Below, piece after piece: positions 14,222-27,324 of a DNA stretch of 64,000 nucleotides. The translations under genes and the position numbers were made by a program. The first letter of the stretch is position 1. Each line of letters starts with the position of its first letter. This DNA is from Eledone cirrhosa (lineage: Eukaryota), in assembly GCA_964016885.1 (NCBI GenBank), contig OZ024741.1:184636001-184700000 (forward strand). Reading direction: 5' to 3'. The notes under the pieces were generated by a model that was not told the DNA's origin, searched no databases, and saw only the letters and a list, made by a program, of their open reading frames with translations.

Positions 14222-16089
14222 TTACCTTACTTCTCGTAGAGGAAGGATGGTTTCTCCAACCCTTTTCACTTGATCGTCTGGTGAAGGGACCGTTGAATCG
14301 TCCCTTCGGCTGGTCGTCGGCTGTTCTGAGAGTATATCCGAATATACTCTCCGGTTGAGTGTCCCTCCTAGGTCTCTGAAATCACCAACTGCGTTGGGGA
14401 ATTTCGTTTTAATGTTTGTGTATTGTTTCTGTGCTATTCTTACCAGCCTTATGTTTGTTGGTGTTTTTATTGGTGCTGGTATTATGTAGTCGTGCTGTGA
14501 AATATCTGTGTGTTCAATTAAGTAAGTCATTAGTTTCTTGTTGTGTGTATTTATTGCTGTTCATTTGTTTTTCTGGGGGTGGGGGGTGGTTCTGCTATTT
14601 TCTTGTCGTTGTTGCTTGGTGTGTTTTTTGTTGTTGTGTTTGCGATGCTGGTGCTTGTGGTGGTGGTGATGGTGTTGTTGTTGTTTGTGGTGGGGTTGTG
14701 CTGGTGGTGATGGTGGTGCTAGTGTGGGTAGTGATGGTGTTGGTGGTGTTGCTGCTTTAAGTCTCTTTGCAGTAGCACTTACCTTTTTTCATTTCTTCCT
14801 TCCCTTTTCGAAGGCGACGATGCGCTGCTTCTGCGTTTGAGCCTTATTGCGACCTTTTGAAATCCCTCTCCCACCTCACACTCCATGTCCGATTCTGTGT
14901 CGTCGGGGAGGGGTACCAGCTCCACTCGTTCACTTGTTGTTGTTGGTGATGTTTGCAGTGTAGTCTCTGTTGCAGCTGCCGTTGGTATTACTGTTGTTGT
15001 TGTTAATACTTCCACTGCTGCTGCTATTCTTGATTTCCGTGGCGTGGGTATGGGTTCCACGGACCTATCCTTCCTGGTTGCCGCCTGTCCTGTTGCTGGT
15101 AGCATTGGAGCCGGTTTCGGAAGGAGGGGGGGTCTCCTTTCTCTGGGTCTTCTCATTGCAGAAGGCCCTGAGGTGAGTCTTCGATCCAGAGCGAAAGCAT
15201 TTCGGGATTTTGCCCTCAACATTTATGGGCAGTTGAGTGCCGTTATCGAAGTCTATCACATCCGGAATAGCTTCGATGCACTCCTGGTTGGTTTGGATTA
15301 ACATCTCAATGGAGGTGCCGGCCCAATCTTCTCGTACTTTTTTCTGTACTTGCAGTACAGTTGTTTTGTCCTCGATTCCGACGAGGACAGACGCGGCCAG
15401 CCAAAAAGGGGCCTTCCTGGGGGGGAAGGAGTCAGTTTGACCCTCACAATTTTTTGCCCGCAGTAGGAGGGCACCAACACCATTTCCTCGCCACTTAGGG
15501 TTACTAAGGATTAAGCCTTTGCCTACTAGGGTGTGGCAGAAAGCACGTCCACGGTGGCATATTTCTTGCCTCGGGTGATATGCGTTTTCTGCTGCCACAC
15601 AGACCCTAAGGCTTCTTGTATTTGAGCCTCGGTGGCTCTTTCAACTCTACGGGATTTTGTGCTTACTGTACGGTACGTGACCGTACAGTGCTGTTGAGTT
15701 TCGAAAATATTTTCGGCTGCCTTGCAAACTGCTCGCTGTCCGGTTTTCGTCACCATCTTTTTTGCTTCCTGTAATTCCTCATTTGTTATAAGGATGGTTT
15801 CCAGGTTCTTTGCGATACCTGCAAACGAGATTGGTTTTTCTTTCTTGTTGTTGTTGTTGTTGTTGTCGTCAGCGCTGCTGTTACTTTTGTTGTTATTTGT
15901 TGTTACTACGACGGCCGCCGCCGCTGTTGCTGTGGTTGTTGTTGTTGTTGTTGCTGCTGCTGCTGTTGTTGTTGCTGTTTCTGCTGTTGCTGTTGTTGTT
16001 TATGCTGCTGCTGATGTTGTTGCGGCTGCTACTAGTGTTTTCCTTGATACTGTTGCTGCTGCTGCTGCTCTTATTACGTCTGACGTCAT
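14222..16089 (-). pseudogene. Tx1 copy 2 ORF1 (gag-like), frameshifted
   Basis: ATG at 16089 is in frame with ORF 15526-15756; Ala/Thr-rich N-terminus, PISFAGIAK, degenerate zinc knuckle CFRSGSKTHLRAFC, low-complexity linker; C-terminal block shared with copy 1 (PNAVGDFR). Confidence 0.75.
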
Positions 16090-16605
16090 GAAGAATACTT
16101 CATGACGTCAGACGAATGAAATGGCTTTCCGTATTTACCGCACACATTTTTCGTCGTTGTCGTCGTCGTGGAGAAATGTTCCACGGAATGCACGCTCTCT
16201 TGGTGAAATCTATCAGAAACTATATTTTCTTTTTCTTTAATAGCGTCGCTTGCGAAAGAGAAGAGAGGGAGAGAGACACATTTAGAGAAGGGAGGGAGAG
16301 AGACAATCTTCTCTCTGATGTAGGGACGATTGAGGAAGAAGAAAACGGAATGAGTGGGAGTGACTTGTGAAAATTTTTGTTTGTAGCCATGTTTTTTTTT
16401 TGTTTCAAATGAATATTGGGCACACAACCCCAATAAGTGGTTATTTAACCCCGAAGGGCCAAATAACGGGCTGAAAGACCCCTCTCACGAGGAGGAGGGT
16501 GTTTTTATCTACAATTTGATTAAAGTTTTAAACAAATTACAATTGTTATAGCGGTTAAAATTTACTATACCTTACAGAGACGAGCCTCCGTCAACCATAA
16601 CATTC

Positions 16606-16656
<51 letters not shown>

Positions 16657-16657
<1 letters not shown>

Positions 16658-17657
16658 GAAGAGGTCTTATCAGCATAGAGGACTGTGTTCGGATGGAGAA
16701 AAACAACCTATACAAATACGTGACCTATAGTAAGGAGCCAATGCTCAGAGCTGTACTGAAGGAGGGGACAGTAGGCCAGGGGATACCCAAGGAGGAAATA
16801 ACATCAAGGAGGAAGAGCAGCCTTAAGGGAAAATCCCTTCATAGTACCTTCTTTGAGAAAACTGAATTTAGAGATCCACAGACATGGAACTGGTTGAGAA
16901 GAGGAGACCTCAAAAAGGCTACAGAAGGAATGCTAATGGCTGCGCAGGAGCAGGCCCTCAAAACGAAGTGGTTGAAGCACCATATCTACAAGGAGGAGGC
17001 TAGCCCACTGTGCAGGATCTGTGGAGAGAGAGAGGAGACTGTGGCTCACATTGTGTCCGAGTGTAAACACCTAGCCCAGACCCACTATAAGGGCTGGAGA
17101 CACGATGTGATGGGCAGGGTGATCCACTGGCACCTGTGCAAAGTAAACAATCTACCACATTCTGAGAAATGGTATGAGCATAGGCCAGAGGCGGTGATGG
17201 AGAACAATCAGGTGAAGGTGCTGTGGGATTTTAGGATACAGACGGACAAAAAACTGGAACACAATAGACCTGACCTGGTGGTTGTGGACAAAGAAAAAAG
17301 ATCGTGCCTGATTGTGGATGTGGCCTGCCCGTTCGACACGAGAGTGCAAGAGAAGGAGAGGGAGAAAATTAACCGATACCAGGACCTAAAGTGGGAGGTG
17401 AAAAGGATTTGGAACTGCCATGAAGTCAAAGTGATCCCGATTGTCATAGGCGCACTGGGGACTATCTCCAAAGGTTTCCAGGGATGGTTAAAGAAAATCG
17501 GCCCCTTCACGCTTTTTGGAACGCTTCAAAAGGCATGCTTGCTTGGAACGGCAAGAACCCTCCGATACGTCCTGAATATCTGAGGCTGCAGGTAGTGGCT
17601 TGATATTCAATCCAACGGACTTTCCAGTTAACCAACATCAATGACTGAGATTCAAGG
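16657..17657 (+). mobile_element. R4/Dong-clade retrotransposon copy 2, 5'-truncated, C-terminal frame intact (ORF 16693-17583)
   Basis: CRICGEREETVAHIVSEC, RHD, RPDLVVVD, DVACP, EKINRY, PIVIGALG; (AAT)n on both sides. Confidence 0.94.
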
Positions 17658-17669
17658 AATAACAATAAC

Positions 17670-17738
<69 letters not shown>

Positions 17739-17937
17739 AACAGCAGCAACAACAACAACAACAATAAAAACGGCGAATGAGGGAGTTACATACAAAATAA
17801 AAACATCAATTGATAAATTAATTAATAAAACATAGACAAAAGATATTGAAAAATAAAATTTTGCTATCATAGGGGAAAAGACATTCAAGCTGGAACAACA
17901 CCAACAACATTTAGAAGGTTAAATAAAAAAAAATTAA

Positions 17938-18282
17938 AATAATGGTTTTATATATAGGCCCAAGGCCAGCAATTTTGGGGGAGGGTAAAGTCGATTAAAT
18001 CGACACACATAAAGGGCCGTAACTCTATGCTGCAAAGCATGATGTCCGACCATCTACCGATACTGCATATCTACCGCCCTATAAAAATAATTGTTTCTAC
18101 TTTTGGTACAAGGCCAACAATTATACCAGTGTATTACTGGTACTTTATTTTATCGACCCCATAAGGTTGAAAGGCAAAGTTAACCTTGGCGGGATTTGAA
18201 CTCAGACCGTAAAGGGCCATAACTCTTTGCTGCAAAGCATGGCGTCCAACCCTCTACCGATACTGCCAAATTCACCGCCCTA
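17938..18282 (-). mobile_element. Two tandem tRNA-derived SINE copies (first internally deleted)
   Basis: SINE tail and head motifs at 17938-18080 and 18086-18282. Confidence 0.85.
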
Positions 18283-18429
18283 TAACAATAATAAAGGACA
18301 AATTGACAGAGCAAAAACAAAAGGAGAACAATGAAAGAAGAGATCAGAGTAAGGAAGGTGAGAGAAAATGAAGAAGAAGTGATAGCTACAACAATAACAC
18401 AAACAACAAATACTTAGAAAGAAGTTGAA

Positions 18430-18560
18430 GGTAATGATGATAATGTTGATGAGCACAATGATGGCGGAATTGGTTGTGGTGGTGGTGATAACTATGGTGA
18501 TGATGGTGATTGTGATGATGATGATGATGATGATGATGATGAGGATGATGATGATGGTGG

Positions 18561-18607
<47 letters not shown>

Positions 18608-18712
18608 GTGGTGGTGAAGATGATGATGATGATGATGATGATGATGTCGATGAAGAAGAAGAAGAAGAAGAAGAAGAAGAAGAAGAAGAAGAAGAAGAAG
18701 AAGAAGAAGAAG
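18430..18712. repeat. (GAT)n followed by (GAA)n microsatellite
   Basis: Direct reading. Confidence 0.95.
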
Positions 18713-18781
18713 GCGACATCTTCAAGAGTAACACGAAGAAAAGGTAGAACAAGAATACAAATAATTGCGCATAGCAGTGAC

Positions 18782-18958
18782 AATAATAATTGTTTCTACT
18801 TTAGGCACAAGGCCAGCAATTAACCAGTGCATTACTGGTACTTTATTTTATCGACCCTGAAAGGCAAAGTTAACCTCGGCGGGATTTGAACTCAGAATGG
18901 AAAGGGCCGTAACTCTATGCTGCAAAGCATGGCGTCAGACCCTCTACCGATACTGCCA
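18782..18958 (-). mobile_element. tRNA-derived SINE
   Basis: Same family consensus, with a small internal deletion. Confidence 0.9.
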
Positions 18959-19094
18959 AGACAATAATAATGTCCTGAAGACTGACAATGCCAACGATAA
19001 CAACACCAACTCCAACAATAGCAACAACAGTTCAGTATAACAACACCTTGAAACCTAAAAAGAAAATGGAAACAAATATCCATCCACAAACACA

Positions 19095-19143
19095 CATACA
19101 TAATATATAAATATATATAGATGTATGTATGTATATATGTATG

Positions 19144-19205
<62 letters not shown>

Positions 19206-19316
19206 TTATATATGTATATATATATATATAGATGTATGTATGTATATATATATATATATATGATTTATATATGTATATATATATATATATAGATGTATGT
19301 ATGTATATATATGATT

Positions 19317-19363
<47 letters not shown>

Positions 19364-19483
19364 AAATATATATATGTATGTATATATATATATATAATAT
19401 AAATGTATATATATATATGTATGTATATATGTATATATATATATATAATATAAATGTATATATATATATATATATACATATAT

Positions 19484-19545
<62 letters not shown>

Positions 19546-19637
19546 ATATATATATATAAATATATATATATATAAATATATATATGTATCTATCTATGTA
19601 TCTATCTATTTATCTATCTATCTATCTCTCTCTCTCC

Positions 19638-19692
<55 letters not shown>
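19095..19692. repeat. (TA)n-dominated compound microsatellite
   Basis: Direct reading. Confidence 0.95.
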
Positions 19693-19696
<4 letters not shown>

Positions 19697-20261
19697 GAAA
19701 AACACTAACAAAGCAATTACAACAAAAAACAAAGACATTACAGAGAAGGGGAATAATAATAACACTAATAATAATAACACTAATAATGATAATAATAATA
19801 ATAATAATAATATTGATGATGATGATGATGATGATAGTAAACAATAAGAATAATGACAATATTAATGAAAATAATGTTGAAGAACCTGCGAACTTAACAC
19901 GTGTACGTTGAGTAAACGTCCTAGGCGTTACATGTGATCAAACGAAACGAAAATAACAAAACATAATCGCCGTGATGTTTTTTTCTATAAACAAGAAATC
20001 CTACCCCCAACAAAAAATAAAACAATGTAAAATAAAATGATATAACTAACGTAATGTAAAAAAAAAAAATCGAGAAAAAAATATATAAAGGAACAGGATA
20101 AAGGGGACATGAGCTGGGGAGGGTGGCAAAATGGAAGGACGATGAAAGAACAATAACAGGACAGGGACATATATAGGAAGGAAGGAGGTAGAGGAGAGGC
20201 ATCAATATATTTCAAATAAAATAGCATAATTAATTCAATCCACTACGAGAGAATGAATAAC

Positions 20262-20645
20262 GTACATACATACAAACAAAAAATATATGCATATACATAC
20301 ATACATAGACAAACATATATATATACAAACTACATAAATATATACTTACATACAAAAAAATATGTGCAAATACATAGACAAACATATATATACAAAGTAC
20401 ATAAATATATACTTACATACAAAAAATATGTGCTTATATATATATAGACTAACATATATATATACATACTTTACATAAATATATATATACAAAATATATA
20501 TGCATATACATAGACAAACATATATATACATATTTTACATAAATATATACATACAAAAAATATATGTATTTACGTTCATACGAAAAATATATGCATATAC
20601 ATACATACATAGACAAAAATATATGCATATACATACATATGCATA
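20262..20645. repeat. Degenerate AT-rich minisatellite (~60-75 bp unit)
   Basis: Recurrent CATAGACAAACATATATAT...TACATAAATATATA. Confidence 0.75.
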
Positions 20646-23600
20646 TATGCATTCGTACAGCCCTACAGACCACATGCATATATAGATGCATGCACACATA
20701 CATACATACATGCATGCATACATGCATGCATACATACATACACGTCGAGATCTAAATAGTATAGAATAGAATTTACAACAAGCTAGCACGCAATAGCAAT
20801 ATTGATATACATTATAAATATGGTTATCTTTATAATACGATTTATCTTATTATAATGGAAATATAATGATATTACAATATAATATAATATATTACAAATT
20901 ACATAATATTATAATATAATATTGCAAATACATATATGTCATTAAAGCGTTGTGTTGAAATAATATATAATTTATATATAATTCATCTACACATCTTCGC
21001 TAAAACGGTTCACAAACAGGCCTCTCTAAGTCTGAAGTGCCTCATATATATATGCACACACACACACACACGCGCACACGCACGCACACACACACACACA
21101 CGCACACACGCACACGCACACACATATATAAAGATAAAGAAATGGAAAAAAAGACAAGAAGAAAGTAACAGGATGTCTTACTTTCTCCTAGACATTTTTC
21201 CTTTTTTTTTCTTTTTTCTTTTTACCTTTTTCTTCGGTCTCGTGAGATTCTCGTTGCTATAAAAATCACAACACATTCTCCCAGTCGTCACATAAAATTA
21301 TATGTATACATGTTCTGGATTAATTGCTATAAGTTATTGTTTTGCTTATCTTTTACTCCACAGACAGCGTTTTAGCTAGTTTGTCAGACGTTGTGACCTC
21401 AGATCGACCGGCAGTAACGTTGATGCTCAGCTACTTACACGGTAATTTTCTTAGGAGGTTGTTCCGTTGATCAAACAAATGGAACATTCTATGTTGAAAC
21501 TGACGGAGGTCCATCCATCTCAATCAAGAAACATAAATAAGATACCAATTATTTGTTGATTTGTACAAATTTCCAGATACTCCTTCCTTGATTTTGTAAC
21601 AAAATATGAGCAAACATTCTTTAACGCCAAGAAAACTACGGAGACATTAGCAAAACAAATCCTCCGACTTATAAAGATAATTATTGTATTTCTAAAGAAA
21701 AGTCGAAAGTCCTAATTCTATAAGTTATTTTATTTTAAAACTGTAAATCTATAATGAAAATGCAACATAAGTGCCATATGAAACATGTTATAGCATAACT
21801 CTAGGTAAAAGTTTTGTTTGATGCAGATTGTGTCGAAAACCTTGAAACTGCATTTCTTACTGTACTGCTTCAAAGCAAATTCACCATACTGTCGATGACA
21901 TTAAAATGCACCCTATTTCACGATTACATGAATACAATGCTTACGAATTGCAGTTGTTAAACTGGTGGTTTAACTTGCTTTTATTAGATGTGACTTTAAG
22001 AAAACAATTTTACTGGGTTTGCTTTTAAGCGAAAGTTTAGAAGTTCATAGCACAGAAAATGATATAATTAATTGCATTGATAATTTTAGGAAAAATTACA
22101 ATATAACCTATGATAAATATATTGCATTTTGCAGTGATGAAGCAAAGAGAATAATCGGTTAAATTGTGTGACGCTGTAAAGGAAATCAAGAATATTGCTT
22201 GAAACTGTAACAGTAATCCTTACTTTCTTCATAGGTATCCTTAAATAGCAAAACATTTCAGTTATATTAAAACTGGGTTTAGTCAATGTACCTATGTCAT
22301 TGAAAGCCATTGAAATTATATGAAAATAATTGAGCAGTATCTAATGAAAACAAAACACAAAGAGAACAGAAAAGGAAAAAATGATAAAAAAAAGGATTCA
22401 GCAACAAAAAGAAAAATAGAAGGGGAGGGACAGACACCACGCCCAGTATGAACAGTACCTCAGTCGGCCCTGCGGACAAAAATCGTTACCGTGGAGAAGG
22501 GTCAGCAACACCGATGCAACCCCACGTCACGGGGCTCCCTCCTCAATCGGTGAGAGGTCTCTCCGATTTTACAGAGAAAATCAGCTGATCAGGGACCAAG
22601 GACGCCATTATGTGCTGATTGTACATTCTATCAAATCGCAGCCAGCCTTATGTCAAGACATATTTTTCCACACACGATTTATATGGCTATAGTGAGGTAA
22701 TATTGGGTCATACATTTTGATAATCCGACAGATTAAAAGATACGACATGCCTTTCAAGAAATAGCTACTCAGTCAATATTTTTGCAAAATTAAATAAATC
22801 ATGTTTATCTTCGCAAACTCAAATATAACAAAATACATATTCACAAACAAAATACATCTTTTGTAAAATCGTATTAGGTTTTCATGACAGAATAAGTTTG
22901 CTGTGCAGATTGGGTTGTCTCGTCTATATTATTGAGTGACAGTTGTATATAGTTTGAATAATATAGTTTTAATTATATCAGAAAAACACAGAAAAACACC
23001 CCACAAAAGTCATGAGCATTATGGCAGGATCCCCTTTAATCATAGATTTCTACTTGGTGTCCATAAAATAAAGTACCAGTCAATTACAATGGACGATTTA
23101 ATATTCCTATAAAGAATCATAGATGTGAAAAGAAATAAAATAGGAGATTAAAGCTTTCAGGGCTGACCTGGGAAAATAGCAATAACAATAACATTGTTTT
23201 CCGGGACAAGGGATAATTTTCCCTCGATTATTTTCCCTTCCCCACTTTTTCTTTACAAGTTTGTGGTCTTGTGCCGATAGGAGGATTGCTTAATGTGGTC
23301 GGTCGATCGGTTAATTTTAAGCAGACACATACACAGTAAATAATTATTCTTCAAATTGCCTCTTAATCAGAAGCTTTTGCAGTTCAGCCAAACAAAATAT
23401 ATATAAACAAGTCAAACAAACATAAAGCATGTCTACTGCTTTCTTTATTTAGCTCACTTGCCAAACAAGCTGTAGTTCGTTTATATATACATTAATATAT
23501 GTATGTCCGGGGGGGGGGGGGGGCGTGTTTCCAATGACAATAAACGTCATGATTTTTTAATAGTGATAATAATAAGAGTGGTACATGAGAAGCCAGATCA

Positions 23601-24159
23601 TGTATTATCCCAATAGATGAATTGCTGATGCAGGCAAAATTAATGAGCTTCATCAATAAGTGAATAAATAGATAACCAAATATAAATAAATATTCACATA
23701 AATAAATGAAATAAATAGATAGATAAAAAAGCAAATAAACAAAAGAGAAATAATTGAAAAAATAAACAGAGTGGGGTGAAAAAAAAAACAAGAAAGAAAC
23801 TATGTGAAAAATAGATGAAACGAAAGACGGCAATATGGAAGAAAACAAAGAAGGAAGGGGATAAAGAATGGAAAAGTGACTGTAGGAAAGAAAGAAAAAA
23901 AAAGTAAAAAAAGAAGAATATGAAGGATATTTTTGTAATGATTATTCTTTCAATCCACACCCTAGCCATTCGTCTATTCCATTATTCCTAACCACTTCAT
24001 ATAATGATACTGATAATTCTATCTTCATTAAACTATAACACTTAATTAGTCTTCGAGGCCTTCACTGACTACATCTTATATATTTACGACTTTCTCAAGG
24101 CAATTGTTTTGTGGAATCGTTAGAGCTTAAACATTTTGATCTGGCTCCTTATATTAATA

Positions 24160-24530
24160 ACTTCTCGTCCCACCGGAGTCAGTGTTGCCATTGGTATTTT
24201 CGGAGTTGATAAAATAATGTATCATCCCAGTATTGGAGTCGATGTATTTGACTTTCCTCTTTACACAAATTGTTGGCCTTGTGCCTAAATAAGAAATCAA
24301 CATTTGTGTCTTTATTAAAACAGTGAATTAATGGAACTGTTTAATTATCTGACAAAGTGCCTTGTGGTGTTTATTATAAGCTCTTTAGATTTTAACTCCA
24401 AATCCAGCCGAGTTCAACGTCGGCTTTTATCAGCAATAAAATAAAGTACCAGTTAAATACTGTGGCCGATTTAATTGACTACACTAACAGTCCCCTCACC
24501 AAAATAACTGCTCACTATTTTCCGGAATTC
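24160..24530 (+). mobile_element. Two old diverged SINE copies related to the main SINE family
   Basis: GATAAAATAA..CCAGT..TGGAGTCGATGTA..TTGGCCTTGTGCCTAAA and AAATAAAGTACCAGTTAAATACTG motifs. Confidence 0.6.
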
Positions 24531-24832
24531 GAAAATATTATTTACTAATTTTTTATATTATGCATTATACCGTTTCTTTCTTTCTTTTGCTTTTCTTCCA
24601 TACATTCATTCATTCTTTCTTTCTTTCAATGTTTCCTTCCTTTCTGACTTTCTTTTTATCTTTTATTTCATTCTTTGTTTTTTTCCTTACTTTTCGCTTT
24701 TCTTTGTGTTTCTTTCTGTTCTTCTTTTCTTCCTTGTTTATTCGTTAGATTCTTTTCTTCGTGCATATGTATGACGTCTCTCTCTCTCTCTCTCTCCAAC
24801 TTATGTGCCACCCTTTCCACAGACAATTAAAT

Positions 24833-24915
<83 letters not shown>

Positions 24916-25130
24916 CAATCAAGCTCTCGTCAGTCTATTTTCACAAACAATGTGCTAATTATGTCCTTTTTATCATTCATTTGTCAACACAACACCACAC
25001 CAAAACCCACCGCCACCGATACGACCACCACAGCCACCCATAACTAGACAGGCTCCCCCTAGTTTGGTAAACGCATTCTCAAAACAATTCATCATATTCA
25101 TCAGCTTCATCATTATAATCCTCATGGCAT

Positions 25131-25295
25131 GAGGACAGACATAGTTGTGTGGTTTAGAAGTTCATTTTGCAACCATGTGATTGTTTGTTTGATCCCACAG
25201 CGCAAGACCTTCGATACATGTCTTCTATAATGACATTGTGGGAACTTTAGCCTTTCAGTGAAATTTGTTATACAGAAACTTTGCTGAAGTCCGTT
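25131..25295 (+). mobile_element. Second tRNA-derived SINE family, diverged
   Basis: A-box-like GTTGTGTGGTTTAG, B-box-like GTTTGATCCC, body ending AGAAACTTTGCTGAAGTCCGT, followed by TA/CA/TG repeats. Confidence 0.6.
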
Positions 25296-25567
25296 ATATA
25301 AAAACACATACGCAGACCTGACACACAATGACAAACACACACGTGTGTGTATGTTTGTGTATGTACACATATATACATACATATAACACAAACATTTGCT
25401 CGTGGGAGGGATTCTTTGTGCATGTGTGTGTGTGTGTTTGAGAGTGTATGTGTGTGTGTTTGAGAGTGTATGTGTGTATGTGTGTTTCTGTAGACGTAAG
25501 CATAGTTTCGATATACATACATATAACACAAACATTTGCTCGTGGGAGTGATTTTGTGTGCATGTTT

Positions 25568-25634
<67 letters not shown>

Positions 25635-25932
25635 GTAGACGTAAGCTCAGTTTCGAAATCGTGAAGTCCTTCCCTCACTTGAAATGAGTAGACGTTTAGG
25701 TAATTTTCATTTGCTTAAGTACAACCTTTGAATGGACTGTACCTCTAATTCAAAGGTTCCTTTTACTACATCACGCCGAGTACTTTTGAGAATAACATTA
25801 AGGGAACGCATGTCTGTTGAACTGTAAAGCAAATAAGACGTTAAGTGAAAAAATAGGCCGCTTAGTTGATTAGCCAATTATGCGGTCATACGTAACTCTC
25901 AACATGAGAGTACATCATCCATTATATATATA

Positions 25933-25996
<64 letters not shown>

Positions 25997-26065
25997 TACA
26001 TGTATATCTATATCTCTATCTATCTATCTATCTATATATATAGAGAGAAAGGGAGGGAGAGGGAG

Positions 26066-26103
<38 letters not shown>

Positions 26104-26538
26104 CATATACGGGGTTGAGGGACACATGCGCACACATACACACATACACACATACACATACACACACACATGTATATATACAAGCACGAGGAAAACAATA
26201 ACAAAATCAACAGCAACGACAAAATAATGAATATGTTGTAAGCTGTTACAGCTAACGTTTTAATTGTCATCTATTAAGAAAGAGTTATATTCATAAAGAG
26301 ATTCATTCCCAGTTTTATCCTCCACCACCAACACCATCCTTATTATATTGTCTCGTTTTATTTCGCGGCCATTATCAAATTACGTCTTTACGCTAATTTT
26401 ATGAGAATTGTTTCTTGCTCAAGCTGAGAAACCAAAAGCTGTGATACTGTGAGGTTTGCTATCTAAACACGTGTATGTATGTTCCTCTTCGAATATATAC
26501 ATATGTTAGTGCGTGCGTGTTTGTGAGCGTATGTGTGA

Positions 26539-26608
<70 letters not shown>

Positions 26609-26650
26609 TTATATATATGCCTGTTTGTGTGTTTGTAAGCATATATATAT

Positions 26651-26737
<87 letters not shown>

Positions 26738-27191
26738 CACACACACATTCATACATATATGTATATGTGTGTGCACATTGATACACACACACACACATAT
26801 ATATATACATACACACACACAAACACATATGTATATGTGTGTGCACATTGATACACACACACATATATATATATACATATGTGCAGTACGTACGTATGTG
26901 TAGGTATACATACGGGCACACACGAATCCATATGCTTATTTATATTTTCTTGCTGATTGTACTCGATGTTATCGAAGTTAGCAGTTTTGCTTGTACGTTT
27001 TGTGATCGATATGTATTTATTGAATGTCTAAATCCACCTTATCGTAACGAATGTATGTTTATATGTGAATAAATGTTTATGAGAATGTATATATATATAT
27101 ATATATACTATAAATTCTATCAATCAGATCTCCATCAAATCGCGTCTACCACTTAAAAATATAAACAGATGGACATATTTGTTAAGTAATC

Positions 27192-27324
<133 letters not shown>

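Larger units (their letters stand above)
10598..16605 (-). mobile_element. Tx1/L1-clade retrotransposon copy 2, apparently full length (~6 kb), degenerate
   Basis: 5'UTR, ORF1, ORF2 and 3'UTR all present; flanked on both sides by (AAT)n. Confidence 0.93.

Noticed and set aside
5319-17657. Single segmental duplication explaining the Tx1-R4-Tx1-R4 array
   Set aside because: The Tx1 copies are clearly diverged and each family is truncated at different points
18892-19693. YI/HT/CV dipeptide ORFs here and throughout the window
   Set aside because: Dinucleotide microsatellite translations
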